A program made the translations under genes and the position numbers. Under the pieces are notes generated by a model. That model did no database searches. It saw only the letters and a program-made list of their open reading frames with translations, and was not told the origin of the DNA. This document shows, one piece after another, positions 1 through 11,210 of a DNA stretch of 38,771 bases (positions are counted from its first letter, which is position 1; the number at the start of each line of letters is the position of its first letter). Source of the stretch: Octopus bimaculoides. Its lineage: Eukaryota. The stretch covers positions 21,880,548 to 21,919,318 of the forward strand of contig NC_069002.1 of assembly GCF_001194135.2 (NCBI RefSeq), read 5' to 3'.

Positions 1-39
1 ATATATATATATATATATATAATAGAAATATTAATATTT

Positions 40-340
40 CTAAGTCTCTCTAAAGGAGACTACGGCAGCGGTACTGGATATTAATAGTTATCGCCAAGCC
101 AACATGTGAGTCCAAAAAGTAGGACGAACGCTGCCGTTGATTAGCGCCATCGCCTCTAGCTAGCTATGTGACACCCGAACCTGTGTTCATTATAACCTTC
201 GAACAAGGGAGGTCAGACTATTTTCGGGGTATTGCCCCTTATCAATTTAGAGCAGCCGAACCAAGCAGGCGTCGCTTCTGACCGTCTGTACGAAAGATTA
301 TTTACCTAAATTCAGTGGAATACATCCACTGGTTTTCAAT
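40..340 (+). mobile_element. ~300-bp structured insertion flanked by a 19-bp direct repeat (putative TSD); candidate retrozyme/SINE-like element
   Basis: aatagaaatattaatattt occurs at 21-39 and 341-359. The interior is GC-richer than the flanks and has several hairpins (43-61, 62-137, 211-283, 226-238, 313-331). No TIR, ORF or poly(A). Confidence 0.6.
62..137 (+). ncRNA. degenerate type III hammerhead-ribozyme-like motif
   Basis: Stem III acggcagcg (62-70)/cgctgccgt (129-137), then GTA (71-73), imperfect stem I ctggat/agccaa, catgtga (103-109) in place of CUGAUGA, stem II gtcc (110-113)/ggac (122-125), then GAA. The core is damaged. Confidence 0.45.
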
Positions 341-1106
341 AATAGAAATATTAATATTTATATTTATTTGGACAACAGATTAAATCCAATCTGGCTTCCC
401 AGTTCCGAAATGCTGTTAATTAGAATTTACCAAAACATTCTCACTATTTCCCAGTCATAAACACGCACAAAGTTAGATTAGGATCTTAAAACACAAAAAA
501 TATCTCGCAAATAGTATCCGAACACAATATGAGACTATTAAATTCGCACACTGGTACCGATAGCAATAACATTAATTCCGACAATACAAACCATCACCAT
601 TATAACAATGACAACACAGATAATAACCTAAGTAACAATAATTATAATAAGAAATATAATAATAATAATAATTACCACAGCAACATCATTATTTCGGAAG
701 TTAATAGCAACAGAATTAGTTTTTTGATAATGCGAAATCCAAGAGCACTGTATATCAATGTAAAGTCACCACCCCTACCGATGTATCTTTTTACATTGGA
801 TTTTCCTCCTCGCCGATTTCCAGAAGAATCTCAAATCATTATTCTACTTTTAGGCATAGAAATGAACGCAGCAACACGGGTTTTAAATTAATTTGGGAAC
901 TTAAAGATAATAACATACAATTTAATTTAGACTGGTTAATTCTCTCTACATCAATACCATACGATAAAGATAAGAAATGTTGCCCGTTATGTAATACGGA
1001 ACTGTTCTTCATTTTATTCTCGAAGAATAAATTGGTAAATACGTTTATTGAAAGAGCATATAGATGTAAACATTGGCAAACACATACATTTTTTCATATA
1101 AATAAC
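341..1106 (+). mobile_element. Penelope-like element fragment (post-RT linker plus GIY-YIG endonuclease), decayed
   Basis: Upstream frame reads KSNLASQFRNAVN*NLPKHSHYFPVINTHKVRLGS*NTKNISQIVSEHN. An open frame at about 726-1106 reads STVYQCKVTTPTDVSFYIG (YIG 792-800)...RISNHYSTFRH...IWELKDNN...CCPLCNTE...RCKHWQ. It is clearly homologous to 22929-23145. Confidence 0.85.
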
Positions 1107-1964
1107 CCCTACAAATTTATATAACTGATACAACTTACCTATTTATCTATTAGTTATTCACATAATTCAAGTGATACAAGTTATTTATACCTTTATATGT
1201 TATCTGAACACTTTCTAACTTTTGAATCCAAATTAGGACACCTAGCACGTCTATATAACATGAACTTAAACACTGCTTTCAATTTAACTTAACATTAACA
1301 TTACTTTCAACTATGTTCAATACGTTGTGCTCCCATAACTTTATACCTTTGATTTCATTACTCCTTCTTACTTCCATCTCCCTAGTTGCCTTTACTTTCT
1401 CCGGCAAAGATAGGGGTAATTTATCCTGTTTAGGCTATGTTGTTGGCATTATTCTGCGTCTGAGAATTTTAAATGTCTTCTTTAACTTTCTAAGACATAT
1501 CAAAGCTTCTGAAAGCAATCTTAGTTTGTTTGCTTAAGTTTATCGTAAGATGAATTCAAAACATATAAATATTTTCTTCTCCCTACTTTATTACGTATAA
1601 AATATTGCCCTACACAAAATAGATCCCTTCACTTTATTTTATTCATTGGTAAATCCTGGTGTCAACAACTACAGAGCGTGGATATCAAAGTAAACTTTGG
1701 TAATAATATTAACTTAGTTTAAACAAGTAGTTTTTATTCCATTAATCCCTTATTTTCCCCCTCAATTTTCCATTTCACTTAACAACACTATCTCTCTCTT
1801 TAGATTAATAGACCATTCATCACCTTTATATATTGTCATACACTTGATCTATTACTAGTTCATGCAAGCATCATTTTCCTATATATATAACATTGCCATT
1901 ACCTTTATTACCATACGTCTATCGTGTGTGTGTGTGTGTGTGTGTGTACATATATGTGTGTGTG

Positions 1965-2176
<212 letters not shown>

Positions 2177-2339
2177 TGTGTGTATTTATGTCAACACTAC
2201 ATGTATAAATACAAGATTATTTTCCCTTTGCGGTCCCATTATACATAAAACACTTTTCTCCCATTTTTAATCTAGTTTTAAATCATTTTATTGACTTCCC
2301 CTTCTAAATTCTAATTTTCTATTTTCCTTCTTTTCTTTC

Positions 2340-2900
2340 CTCCTTGTCCAACGTACTGTTTCGTAGCGTTGCATTTTCCAACGGTGTTTTTCAAATAAGA
2401 TATTTAGCAATCTTCTCTACCCGCAGTTGTCACATTCGGTTAAAATGTCTTACGGTTAAGTTGGCTCTCATGAATTTCCCTGAAGAGAAAATTACATCTT
2501 TATCAACATCACTTATTCCTTTGGGAGGCCCATTTGTAATCTTCGAAACATATGTCGGAAATAAAAGAATTCATTTAACATATGCGTATTACCCCATTTA
2601 TTAAATTTTACACATATATATATGTGTATATATGTATATATATATATATATATTATTTGTGCTATAGGTTTCTTTCTTCAGAGCGAGATCCATTGATCTC
2701 AGCTGAAAATTAATACCAACGGCAAGTGGGCGTTCCTTCTTCAACAAAATAGTATTGTGTTCAAGAGTCTTATTGCGTAGGTTGAATGAATTATTCACTT
2801 AGCTATCCACAGAATTCGTTTCTTTATTATTTCTTAGGATAATTCGAAATTCTGGATTGTTTACTACACACGATCCTGTTTCCTTTCTCACTCAAGCAAA
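2340..2900 (-). mobile_element. possible heavily decayed Penelope-like GIY-YIG/linker relic
   Basis: Minus strand reads KYLI*...KCNATKQYVGQ (2342-2406) with GIY-YIG-like spacing. The rest is frameshifted and only weakly similar. Confidence 0.3.
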
Positions 2901-3182
2901 TATTACTGACATTAGACTTCAACCGGTCCATTACCTTGGTATATTTATGTCCCGAGAGAAATGCAAGCAAAATTGGATTTCATTTGAGATTATATGGTGA
3001 GTTGTACCATGATATGTAATCGGTAAAATTTTAGTCATTCTTTATTACATTAGGTGACGGAGTGATTCCAGTTGGATCGTTAAGACTTTGGATTTTTTTG
3101 TATTAGACATTTAAACGCCTCGAAACCCTCAACTAACTCTAACAATACTGCTCAATGCAGACTTTCAGAAATATATACACAT

Positions 3183-3265
3183 GGGCACAAGTGTAGCCCT
3201 GTGGTAAGAAATTTGCTTAGCAATCACATGGTTTTAGTTCGGTTTCACTTAGTGGCACGTCAAGG
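3183..3265 (+). mobile_element. decayed 5' part of an octopus tRNA-derived SINE
   Basis: ggcacaagtgtagccctgtggtaagaaatttgcttagcaatcacatgg aligns by eye with the SINE head at 16847-16780 (minus). Confidence 0.6.
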
Positions 3266-3399
3266 AACCGTTTTTCTTTCAAATACCAAAAGGTAATATT
3301 TATCCTCACTTAAAACACATCCACAACATACACTTTAAAGTGGGCGTAGATATTACCTTTTGGTATTAATATTGCTTCTGTCGGTATTAATTGTGTGTG

Positions 3400-3401
<2 letters not shown>

Positions 3402-3485
<84 letters not shown>
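3402..3485. repeat. (GA)n microsatellite
   Basis: Seen directly; it generates the ERERER/LSLSLS ORFs. Confidence 0.97.
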
Positions 3486-3488
<3 letters not shown>

Positions 3489-3778
3489 CTCGTGACTTAG
3501 TGGTCATAAGGTCGATATTGGTGGTGCATTGTGTCCTTGAGCAAGACACTTTGTTTCATGTTGTTCCAGTCTACTCAGCTTGCAAAAATGCGTAGTACCT
3601 GTATTTCAAAACTTTGCCGCGTTCTGTATCACGCTGAATCTCCCTGGCATATATATGAAGGGTAAGTGTGTCCGTGGAGTGCTCAGCCACTTGCACGTTA
3701 ATTTTACTTATTGATTGATCTTTTGATCAGATCAACTAGAACACTCGTGGTCGCAACCGACAGAGTTCCTGTTACGGT
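3486..3778 (+). mobile_element. SINE with the conserved tgtgtccttgagcaagacactt core, decayed
   Basis: Core gcattgtgtccttgagcaagacactttgtttcatgttgttccagtctactcagct is shared with 15775-15835 and 26800-26850 (minus). Confidence 0.7.
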
Positions 3779-4361
3779 CGCGCGTGCGTGTGTATGTATG
3801 TGTATGTGTGTGTGCTTGTTCTTATGTATATAGATAATGAATGCATATATATTTTTATATTTGGTTGTAACGATTTATCCGGTGATAATAAATGAAACAT
3901 CACCAGGGCTGAAAGCTTTTTCACTTGAACTGATCGCAGTAGATTCTAACCTTAACTTATTTGTGGACACTATGTTCATGTTGGTTGAGAAGACAGCGTA
4001 AGATTTCTTGGTTATTTATCCACTGAGTGTTATTCGGAGATGAGCATAATGATAGAAACACATTTGGCGCATTTTGTGAAACTACTCTGTATAGAGTCGT
4101 AATGCTTGAGAAGTATAGGCAAGGAGAATTTGCAAAATTCAGTTTGATAAGGAAATAAAACGACCAGCTGCGACTTGGGCAGCAGCAACACTTCCGGCTT
4201 ATGCAATGGAATATTCTTCTGATCTTCCTTTAAGCTTATAAGGTCCGTGTACAAACAAAATTAGTCATTACATGCGTATTGTTTCCTTCGACTAAATAGT
4301 CACCTTCTTCTCAATGAAGTGAGGTTAACTCCTCCATTATGTTTTCCCTTTCTTCTTACAG

Positions 4362-4576
4362 CTTAGTCAAAGTAAAGGAATAATAGCGGCTAGGCCGTTT
4401 GCAGGAGATGGCTGACCTGGATGGGAGGGAAGAAAAAGCCACGAGGCGTGGCGTGTTCCTAACCACTACTTCAATCTCTGTAAATCGCTAAGTAAAAATA
4501 AATCAAAGGCTATGAATGAATTTAATTGCTACTTTGAGGAATTATTAGACCGGATGCATCCTGACAAATACTTCCG
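4362..4576 (+). other. candidate spliced exon (non-coding, or 5' UTR plus start)
   Basis: Acceptor ttttccctttcttcttacAG (AG at 4360-4361), ttaac branch-like motif about 30 nt upstream, donor ccg|GTAAGA (4577). All three frames from the acceptor hit a stop. ATG 4512 gives MNEFNCYFEELLDRMHPDKYF(R). Confidence 0.3.
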
Positions 4577-7328
4577 GTAAGAAAAGACAGGGAAAATTAC
4601 ATCAAATCGTGACATTAAATACATTACTTGTCTCAAATGTCGCTAATACTAACTTAAGTGTGATGTAGTGGTGTTAATTCAAACGATGGATTGTATCTCT
4701 CACTTAGGAGGGGCGTTGAAGAGAACTGGAGGCGATAATGGGGTGGCCAAAAGGAGGCAATAGATGTAAAAACTACCAAATAATTAGTTAATTAGGATAA
4801 GTCTTATTTTGAAATACAGTTCTTTGGAATTTGATGCAGANNNNNNNNNNNNNNNNNNNNNNNNNNNNNNNNNNNNNNNNNNNNNNNNNNNNNNNNNNNN
4901 NNNNNNNNNNNNNNNNNNNNNNNNNNNNNNNNNNNNNNNNNNNNNNNNNNNNNNNNNNNNNNNNNNNNNNNNNNNNNNNNNNNNNNNNNNNNNNNNNNNN
5001 NNNNNNNNNNNNNNNNNNNNNNNNNNNNNNNNNNNNNNNNNNNNNNNNNNNNNNNNNNNNNNNNNNNNNNNNNNNNNNNNNNNNNNNNNNNNNNNNNNNN
5101 NNNNNNNNNNNNNNNNNNNNNNNNNNNNNNNNNNNNNNNNNNNNNNNNNNNNNNNNNNNNNNNNNNNNNNNNNNNNNNNNNNNNNNNNNNNNNNNNNNNN
5201 NNNNNNNNNNNNNNNNNNNNNNNNNNNNNNNNNNNNNNNNNNNNNNNNNNNNNNNNNNNNNNNNNNNNNNNNNNNNNNNNNNNNNNNNNNNNNNNNNNNN
5301 NNNNNNNNNNNNNNNNNNNNNNNNNNNNNNNNNNNNNNNNNNNNNNNNNNNNNNNNNNNNNNNNNNNNNNNNNNNNNNNNNNNNNNNNNNNNNNNNNNNN
5401 NNNNNNNNNNNNNNNNNNNNNNNNNNNNNNNNNNNNNNNNNNNNNNNNNNNNNNNNNNNNNNNNNNNNNNNNNNNNNNNNNNNNNNNNNNNNNNNNNNNN
5501 NNNNNNNNNNNNNNNNNNNNNNNNNNNNNNNNNNNNNNNNNNNNNNNNNNNNNNNNNNNNNNNNNNNNNNNNNNNNNNNNNNNNNNNNNNNNNNNNNNNN
5601 NNNNNNNNNNNNNNNNNNNNNNNNNNNNNNNNNNNNNNNNNNNNNNNNNNNNNNNNNNNNNNNNNNNNNNNNNNNNNNNNNNNNNNNNNNNNNNNNNNNN
5701 NNNNNNNNNNNNNNNNNNNNNNNNNNNNNNNNNNNNNNNNNNNNNNNNNNNNNNNNNNNNNNNNNNNNNNNNNNNNNNNNNNNNNNNNNNNNNNNNNNNN
5801 NNNNNNNNNNNNNNNNNNNNNNNNNNNNNNNNNNNNTTTAATCTATTCAATAATATTCTTCAAAAATTTATGTTCGATACTTGCCTCATTCAAATTTCAA
5901 TTCTATTAAACTCAGCAGACGCCAATATTCCTGCTTAATTCCAGAGAATTTTTAATCGCTTTCATTGAAGTCATGTTATAGAATTGATAATACTTTCCAT
6001 ACTTTAACGGAACGAACATGTTGATAATTTCCAGACAACATTTCAAAGTTATTAAACACGAATTGATGTGGAAAAGATCAAACCACAAAGGAAAACAAAG
6101 AAAACGAATTTACGTAAAACCATATTTACAGGAAATAAGCAATTAACAAAACATAATCACTTCTCTGAATTTTCTAAGCTTGTTTTATTGAATTTGAACA
6201 TTGTACATCAATTGAAAATTGTCAAAATACTAATTCTCGACCTAATACTACCCTAGGACCATTTCACTACAGTTACTAGGCCAAACATTTATTTGTGAGA
6301 ATCCCACCTTGACAGACCGAGTCCTTGCTAAGTGTTAATTAGCAAATCAATCGAGCAGATGGAGCTCATTAGCTTGGCAGGGGCAGCCTGTCTAGAGGAA
6401 GAGAAACCTTCATGCGAAACCTTCGCTGCCTTGTGACTATATCTAGTTATGGAAACTAGATCTTTTCGAGATCTTTCCACAGTGAAAAGTCGTGGGTCGG
6501 AATCCCTGAAGTAATTCAACGTTTACTACAATTTTGTTCTGGCAACTCCTGCGACTCCATAGATGCCTACTTATGACGGCCGTGCTCTTTCTTTGAATCC
6601 ATCAGCAACATTGAAAAAGGGACACGTTGCATGAGAAACAATCTCTCCTGTACTGCTCGGTTTTGGACCCTATTGGACACTGAAGAAATAGACAACTAAA
6701 ACAGCACCGCGACAGCCTACAAGTGAGATTGATGTGACGGAGGCTGCCGTTTGCGCATCGGAGTACTCAGCCACAGATAACGCTGTTCCAATAGGGTGAA
6801 CAACGAGGGCGTTCGCTCATGGTCATTTAATGACGAAAGCCACAAATGAATTGAGAAAATTATTTGACAAGGAAGTGAATAACTATCACAAAGTTATGTT
6901 ACTTATCCCAGTACATTAACTTTCATATCTGTACAAAATCATTTTCTTCTATTTTTATTTTGATTTTAATTTAGTTATTATAATAAAACTCAAATCAACC
7001 CTAGTCAATTACGTCAATAAGCATTCAAACGGTAAGGAATCCCTCCACGAATCGATAAAAATATTTTAGCTTAAATTTTTGTGCCTCCCTTAAATAAATA
7101 AGCTCTGCATTTAGTCTGTATTTGGTGCGAAGTTTCATTGTTTATTGTTTGATGTAGATTTTAAGACATAATCAAATATTTTGGTTATATTTTAGCGTTT
7201 TTATTTGTTGTCTAATTGTAAGTAATCATTGAATGATTGTGTATCGATTTACATTTTGAACTTTGATCACTGTTCCAGAAGAGTTGTATATACTTCTTGA
7301 TGTGTTTTTTTAAAATTTCTTTTAGTCT

Positions 7329-7524
7329 CTTATTTGTTTCAGTCATTTGCCTACGACCATGCTGGAGCACCACCTTTAGTCGAATAAATCACCCCCATGA
7401 CTTCTTCTTTGTAAGCGTAGTATTTATTCTGTAGGTCTCTTTTGCCGAACCGCTATCTTACAGGGACGTAAACACACAAACATCGGTTATCAAGCGATGG
7501 TGGGGGACAAACACAGACAAACAA
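7329..7524 (-). mobile_element. octopus SINE, 3' half
   Basis: ttttgccgaaccgcta...taaacacac...catcggtt...gcgatg block is shared with 16480-16600; ccatgctggagcaccacc tail is shared with 16335-16365 (reverse). Confidence 0.85.
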
Positions 7525-7531
7525 AGAGCTA

Positions 7532-7595
<64 letters not shown>

Positions 7596-7810
7596 AATGT
7601 GTTTTAGTCCACAAGTCAACTTTGACCGAGACGACGTATGCTAAAAGCATTCCAGCTGTGATCATTTTGTCTTTTTAGAACTATAAGGACTACATCACTT
7701 ATACATTACTTATATTGGACTTTCATTGCATTAATAATTTCTTTCAAATTTGGATTGCAGTACGTGATGTGAGGGAGATTTTTGCTATTTCTAGCAGGTC
7801 AAGCAACGAC
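7532..7810 (-). mobile_element. (GTT)n tract plus unclassified dispersed repeat (probable retroelement 3' end with an (AAC)n tail)
   Basis: (GTT)n 7532-7595, agcattccagc motif (7646-7656) and gagggagatt..gctatttctagcaggtcaagc core (7771-7810). The core recurs at 16200-16245, 33440-33490 and 33631-33685. Strand is inferred from the tail. Confidence 0.5.
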
Positions 7811-9039
7811 ATTAAAATTTCCCTTTTGTCTTGATATGCTAATGTTATTCTGGTAAGAAACGAAACGCTATACTTGTTGTTAAGTATTCCATTCACTCTA
7901 TGTTAAGAATTAGGTTTCCAGGTGGTTGACGTTAGTTTGGATTAACTGAAAAGTCAGCAGGAATAGTGGAAGACGATGACTTTGATCTCGACAACATAGT
8001 CTCTATGCAATTACATGATCTATTGTATATATCGGCCAAATCTGAAGCAAACTCGCCTCTAACGTTTAAAAGGAAACACGTTGGTGTTTTAATGATTAAG
8101 ACTTATGGAGTGAGAGATATAGTAAAGCACCTTAAGCTATTCATTTTCATTTTTCTCTATTATGACATCAGTAATTCTTGCTATTGTGTAGGTTTTTTAT
8201 TCTTCCAAGATCAAACATATTTATCAATTCCTACTGAAAATGATTTAATCTTTTCCTGTCGATCTAAAATTTGTTATTTAGTCATACGCAAATGATGCTT
8301 TTGATACGTTTTTAACGGGAGAAAATCGCTATTTGCACAACGCAAATTATTGTTAGCATGTCTCTTTTGAATCTGCCAGAACGCATTAAGAATAATTATG
8401 CAAATCCTCATTTCTGATCTAGCTGTGAACAGAGCAAATAACTATTTTTACAGGTTGGCGGTTATAAGGACTGATCAGAGAAAATGTATGTTCGCTGGAC
8501 TAAACGCTTTCAAAGGCACAAGTAAACGGGTTCTTCTGGCTAACGAGACACATGTCGAGGCACGAGCGTCCCAGAATCCCTTGCACCAACAAACCGAGTG
8601 TGTTATGAATACACTTGCGTCATAAAAGGGAGAAGTTGTTCTTCCTGTGACGTGTGCAACGATGACTAACAGATTTGCGTTTGAATTTACCACAACACAT
8701 CAAAAATAAGTATGCAAAGCATCGTTTTAGAAGGAAGTTGTACAAAAATATTTCATTTTCTCTTTAGAAACATAAAATATTTATGTCTTGGATATTTTCG
8801 GATACAGACGAAATGATGACATTACCAAATAGAGCAGAAGACATATAACGCCTTGATTTGACTCCTATCGTTTGTTTTCTTACGAAACCAACGAAACCAA
8901 TGTATTTTAAACACATTTCTAGAACCGATTGCTATAATTACAGCTAAATGATATTATCCTCACTGTAATATTCTAACTCCTAGCCTCCGTATTAATTGTT
9001 TTTTTCCCATAAAGTTTTGAAGAAAAGTTTTAGTTGATC

Positions 9040-9160
9040 CCAATGTTTCATTGATACCTATGTATTTAACCATGGAAAGAGGAAAGATAAGACTAATCTC
9101 TACGAGATTTAAACCCAGAGGGTAAGAAAACGCAGCTTGGCACTCGAAAACATTTAGACC
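9040..9160 (-). mobile_element. decayed SINE of the 10618 family
   Basis: gaaagaggaaagataagactaatctctacgagatttaaacccaga aligns by eye with the reverse complement of 10690-10740. Confidence 0.4.
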
Positions 9161-10572
9161 TGTTATTTCATTTCATTTTAATTTCTTAATATTGATTTCT
9201 TTTAATCAGAGATACAAGGCCAATATTTGCTACCAAGATTTTCATATCGACTGAATATTAATGGATGTATCTTATTAATAGGGATTCCAAATGATTAATA
9301 ACATTTGTAATCAGAGAAAGATAGGAAACTAATTAATGTAAGTTATTGAATCAGGTACTTCTACGAACGTCCATGATATCGTTGTTTTCATACCTGGGTA
9401 GAAAACCAAGAAAGCAAATATAATTCTGTGATATTTGTGCAGCTCTCAAGGTTATCAGCATCTTAAGTTAACTGGATTATCTAAACAGGAAAAATCATGA
9501 GTAGGTGACTCTCCGAAGCTCTTTCAATTCAATTACGTTCGTTTAATAGCTAAAGTCTAAGACACGACAGTCAAACATGTCTCATTCCTCTTTAAATCTA
9601 AGATCTTGTGTTTCATCAAAAGAAATAAACGCTTATCAATCAGTCAATTGACTGGTTAAAGAAGAACATTACAAGATTTCTCTTCCCTGGAAACATATGG
9701 GCTTCGAAGGTCAACTGAAGTATTAATTTACTCGTCTGTAACATGTTTTGTGATATTCATTAGCATACAAGCTAACATGCAAAGTTTGGAAAACGTTTTC
9801 CTATAAATATCATGTATTTCAGTAGAGACCATTGTTGGTGAATGGAATAATCAAATCACAAAAAATGTTTCCTTCTCAGAAAAGATTGCAATGTTTTAGA
9901 TGTGGAGGAAAGGAAGCAGCAATCGATTAAATCAAGCTAGTGTCGAACTAGTTCTTATTTTACAGATCTTTTTCATCTACTTGCTTAGGATGGAGGGAAG
10001 AGTAAAATTCTTGGCCTTCGCACACCACGTTAGAGCGATGACATTGAGAGCATTAAAGTGTCGCTTTAAAATGTAACAAGTCAACAACTATAGAAAAAAT
10101 ATGAGCCTTCGGTCCAGGAATTGAACTCACGGAATATTAATTGTAAACTCAACACACCAATGCAACTTCCATCTCATACAAAACAGTTGCATGGTGAATC
10201 TCATACAAAAACTAATTTATCGTCGGTTTTGTTTTTCACACGAGCCATTTTCCTTCTGATCATATTCTATTCACTTAACTACTACGTAATACGTCGCCGT
10301 GTTTAATATTCCAAGCCGTTAGCAGACAACATTTGGCACAGTCCAGTGTTTCTTCTATGAAGTGGATGGAGGATGTGCGAATTAAAAAGTGAGCCGACCA
10401 ATGCCATTTTTAATAAAATTAAGTGGTGTTTAGACTTCTTAAATTTATGCCTTTGTTTTTCAAGATTCTTCATGTGAAAGCGTGTGTTGAAACATCGTTT
10501 TTATATTCGAGGGCGGTTTTCTTTTGCCAGTTAAATGCTTTATTTGGTCTTCAATTTAGCTTTATTATTATT

Positions 10573-10811
10573 GAAGGCGGTTGACTTTGCCTTTTATCCT
10601 TTCGACGTCGATAAATTAAGGCGGTGAGCTGGCAGAATCGTTAGCGCGCCGGGCGAAATGCTTAGCGGTATTTCGTCTGCCGCTACGTTCTGAGTTCAAA
10701 TTCCGCCGGGGTCGACTTTACCTTTCATCTTTTCGGGGTCGATAAATTAAGTACCAGTTACGACTGGTCCCCTCCCCCAAATTTCAGGGTTTTCGCCTAG
10801 AGTAGAAAGGA
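10573..10811 (+). mobile_element. octopus tRNA-derived SINE (aaggcggtgagctggcagaatcgttag family), preceded by an internally deleted tandem copy
   Basis: Head at 10618, B-box-like gagttcaaattcc at 10692-10704, 3' end tagaaagg followed by att. 10573-10620 is a short head-to-body fusion copy. Confidence 0.85.
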
Positions 10812-11194
10812 TTACTACCTCCGATTTAGCGAAAGTGGAGGTATTGTTTTCAGTCGCGTTTATTTGTCTGTTTGTTTGTTTGTCTGTCCGTCGACAAGAT
10901 ATCTCGAGAACCGCTGGATGGATTCGAATGAAACTTTCAAGGATGTTTGGCCTCATGACTGGCAGAAACTGATTAGATTTTGGGATCAATCCGATACCAG
11001 AAAAGGATTCTGAATTATTTTTCTTGTTTTTTTACTCAATTTTTGAAAGCGGTCTGGTTTATTTTTAGTAATCTCGTTTGTGATAGCAGTGGAGTTTATT
11101 TCAGATATTCTCATTTTAAAAATCGTCTGCAGCTAATCGTTGAGAGGACGTTGGTGTTGCCTTGTTGGAGGTTTGCGCTCTGAATGCTCTTGTT
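10812..11194 (+). mobile_element. Helentron-associated non-autonomous element (HINE/DINE-1-like)
   Basis: 5' tacctcc (10816-10822)...ggaggta (10837-10843) hairpin, internal (tgtt/tgtc)n microsatellite at 10862-10888, 3' subterminal inverted repeat ggaggt (11167-11172) plus a short gcgctc..gctc tail, and TT junctions. This is the classic DINE-1/HINE layout. Confidence 0.7.
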
Positions 11195-11210
11195 AATATT
11201 ATTATTATTA

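Noticed and set aside
74-113. Twister- or pistol-like words (taatagtt...aagcc...gag) in the 40-340 element
   Set aside because: The required P1/P2 stems and pseudoknots could not be formed; the hammerhead layout fits better.
211-300. HDV-like ribozyme using ggtcaga/tctgacc as P1
   Set aside because: No acceptable L3, P1.1 or P2 pairing.
3870-4254. VEDSVRFLG and nearby text resembling a LINE RT C-terminus
   Set aside because: A single short motif with many stops is not enough to call.
7936-8295. ORF EDDDFDLDNIVSMQLHDLLYISAK...
   Set aside because: No recognisable domain and no convincing splice sites; it runs into low-complexity F/Y-rich text.
9641-9654. 14-bp perfect palindrome cagtcaattgactg
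   Set aside because: One or two such palindromes are expected by chance in a window this size.
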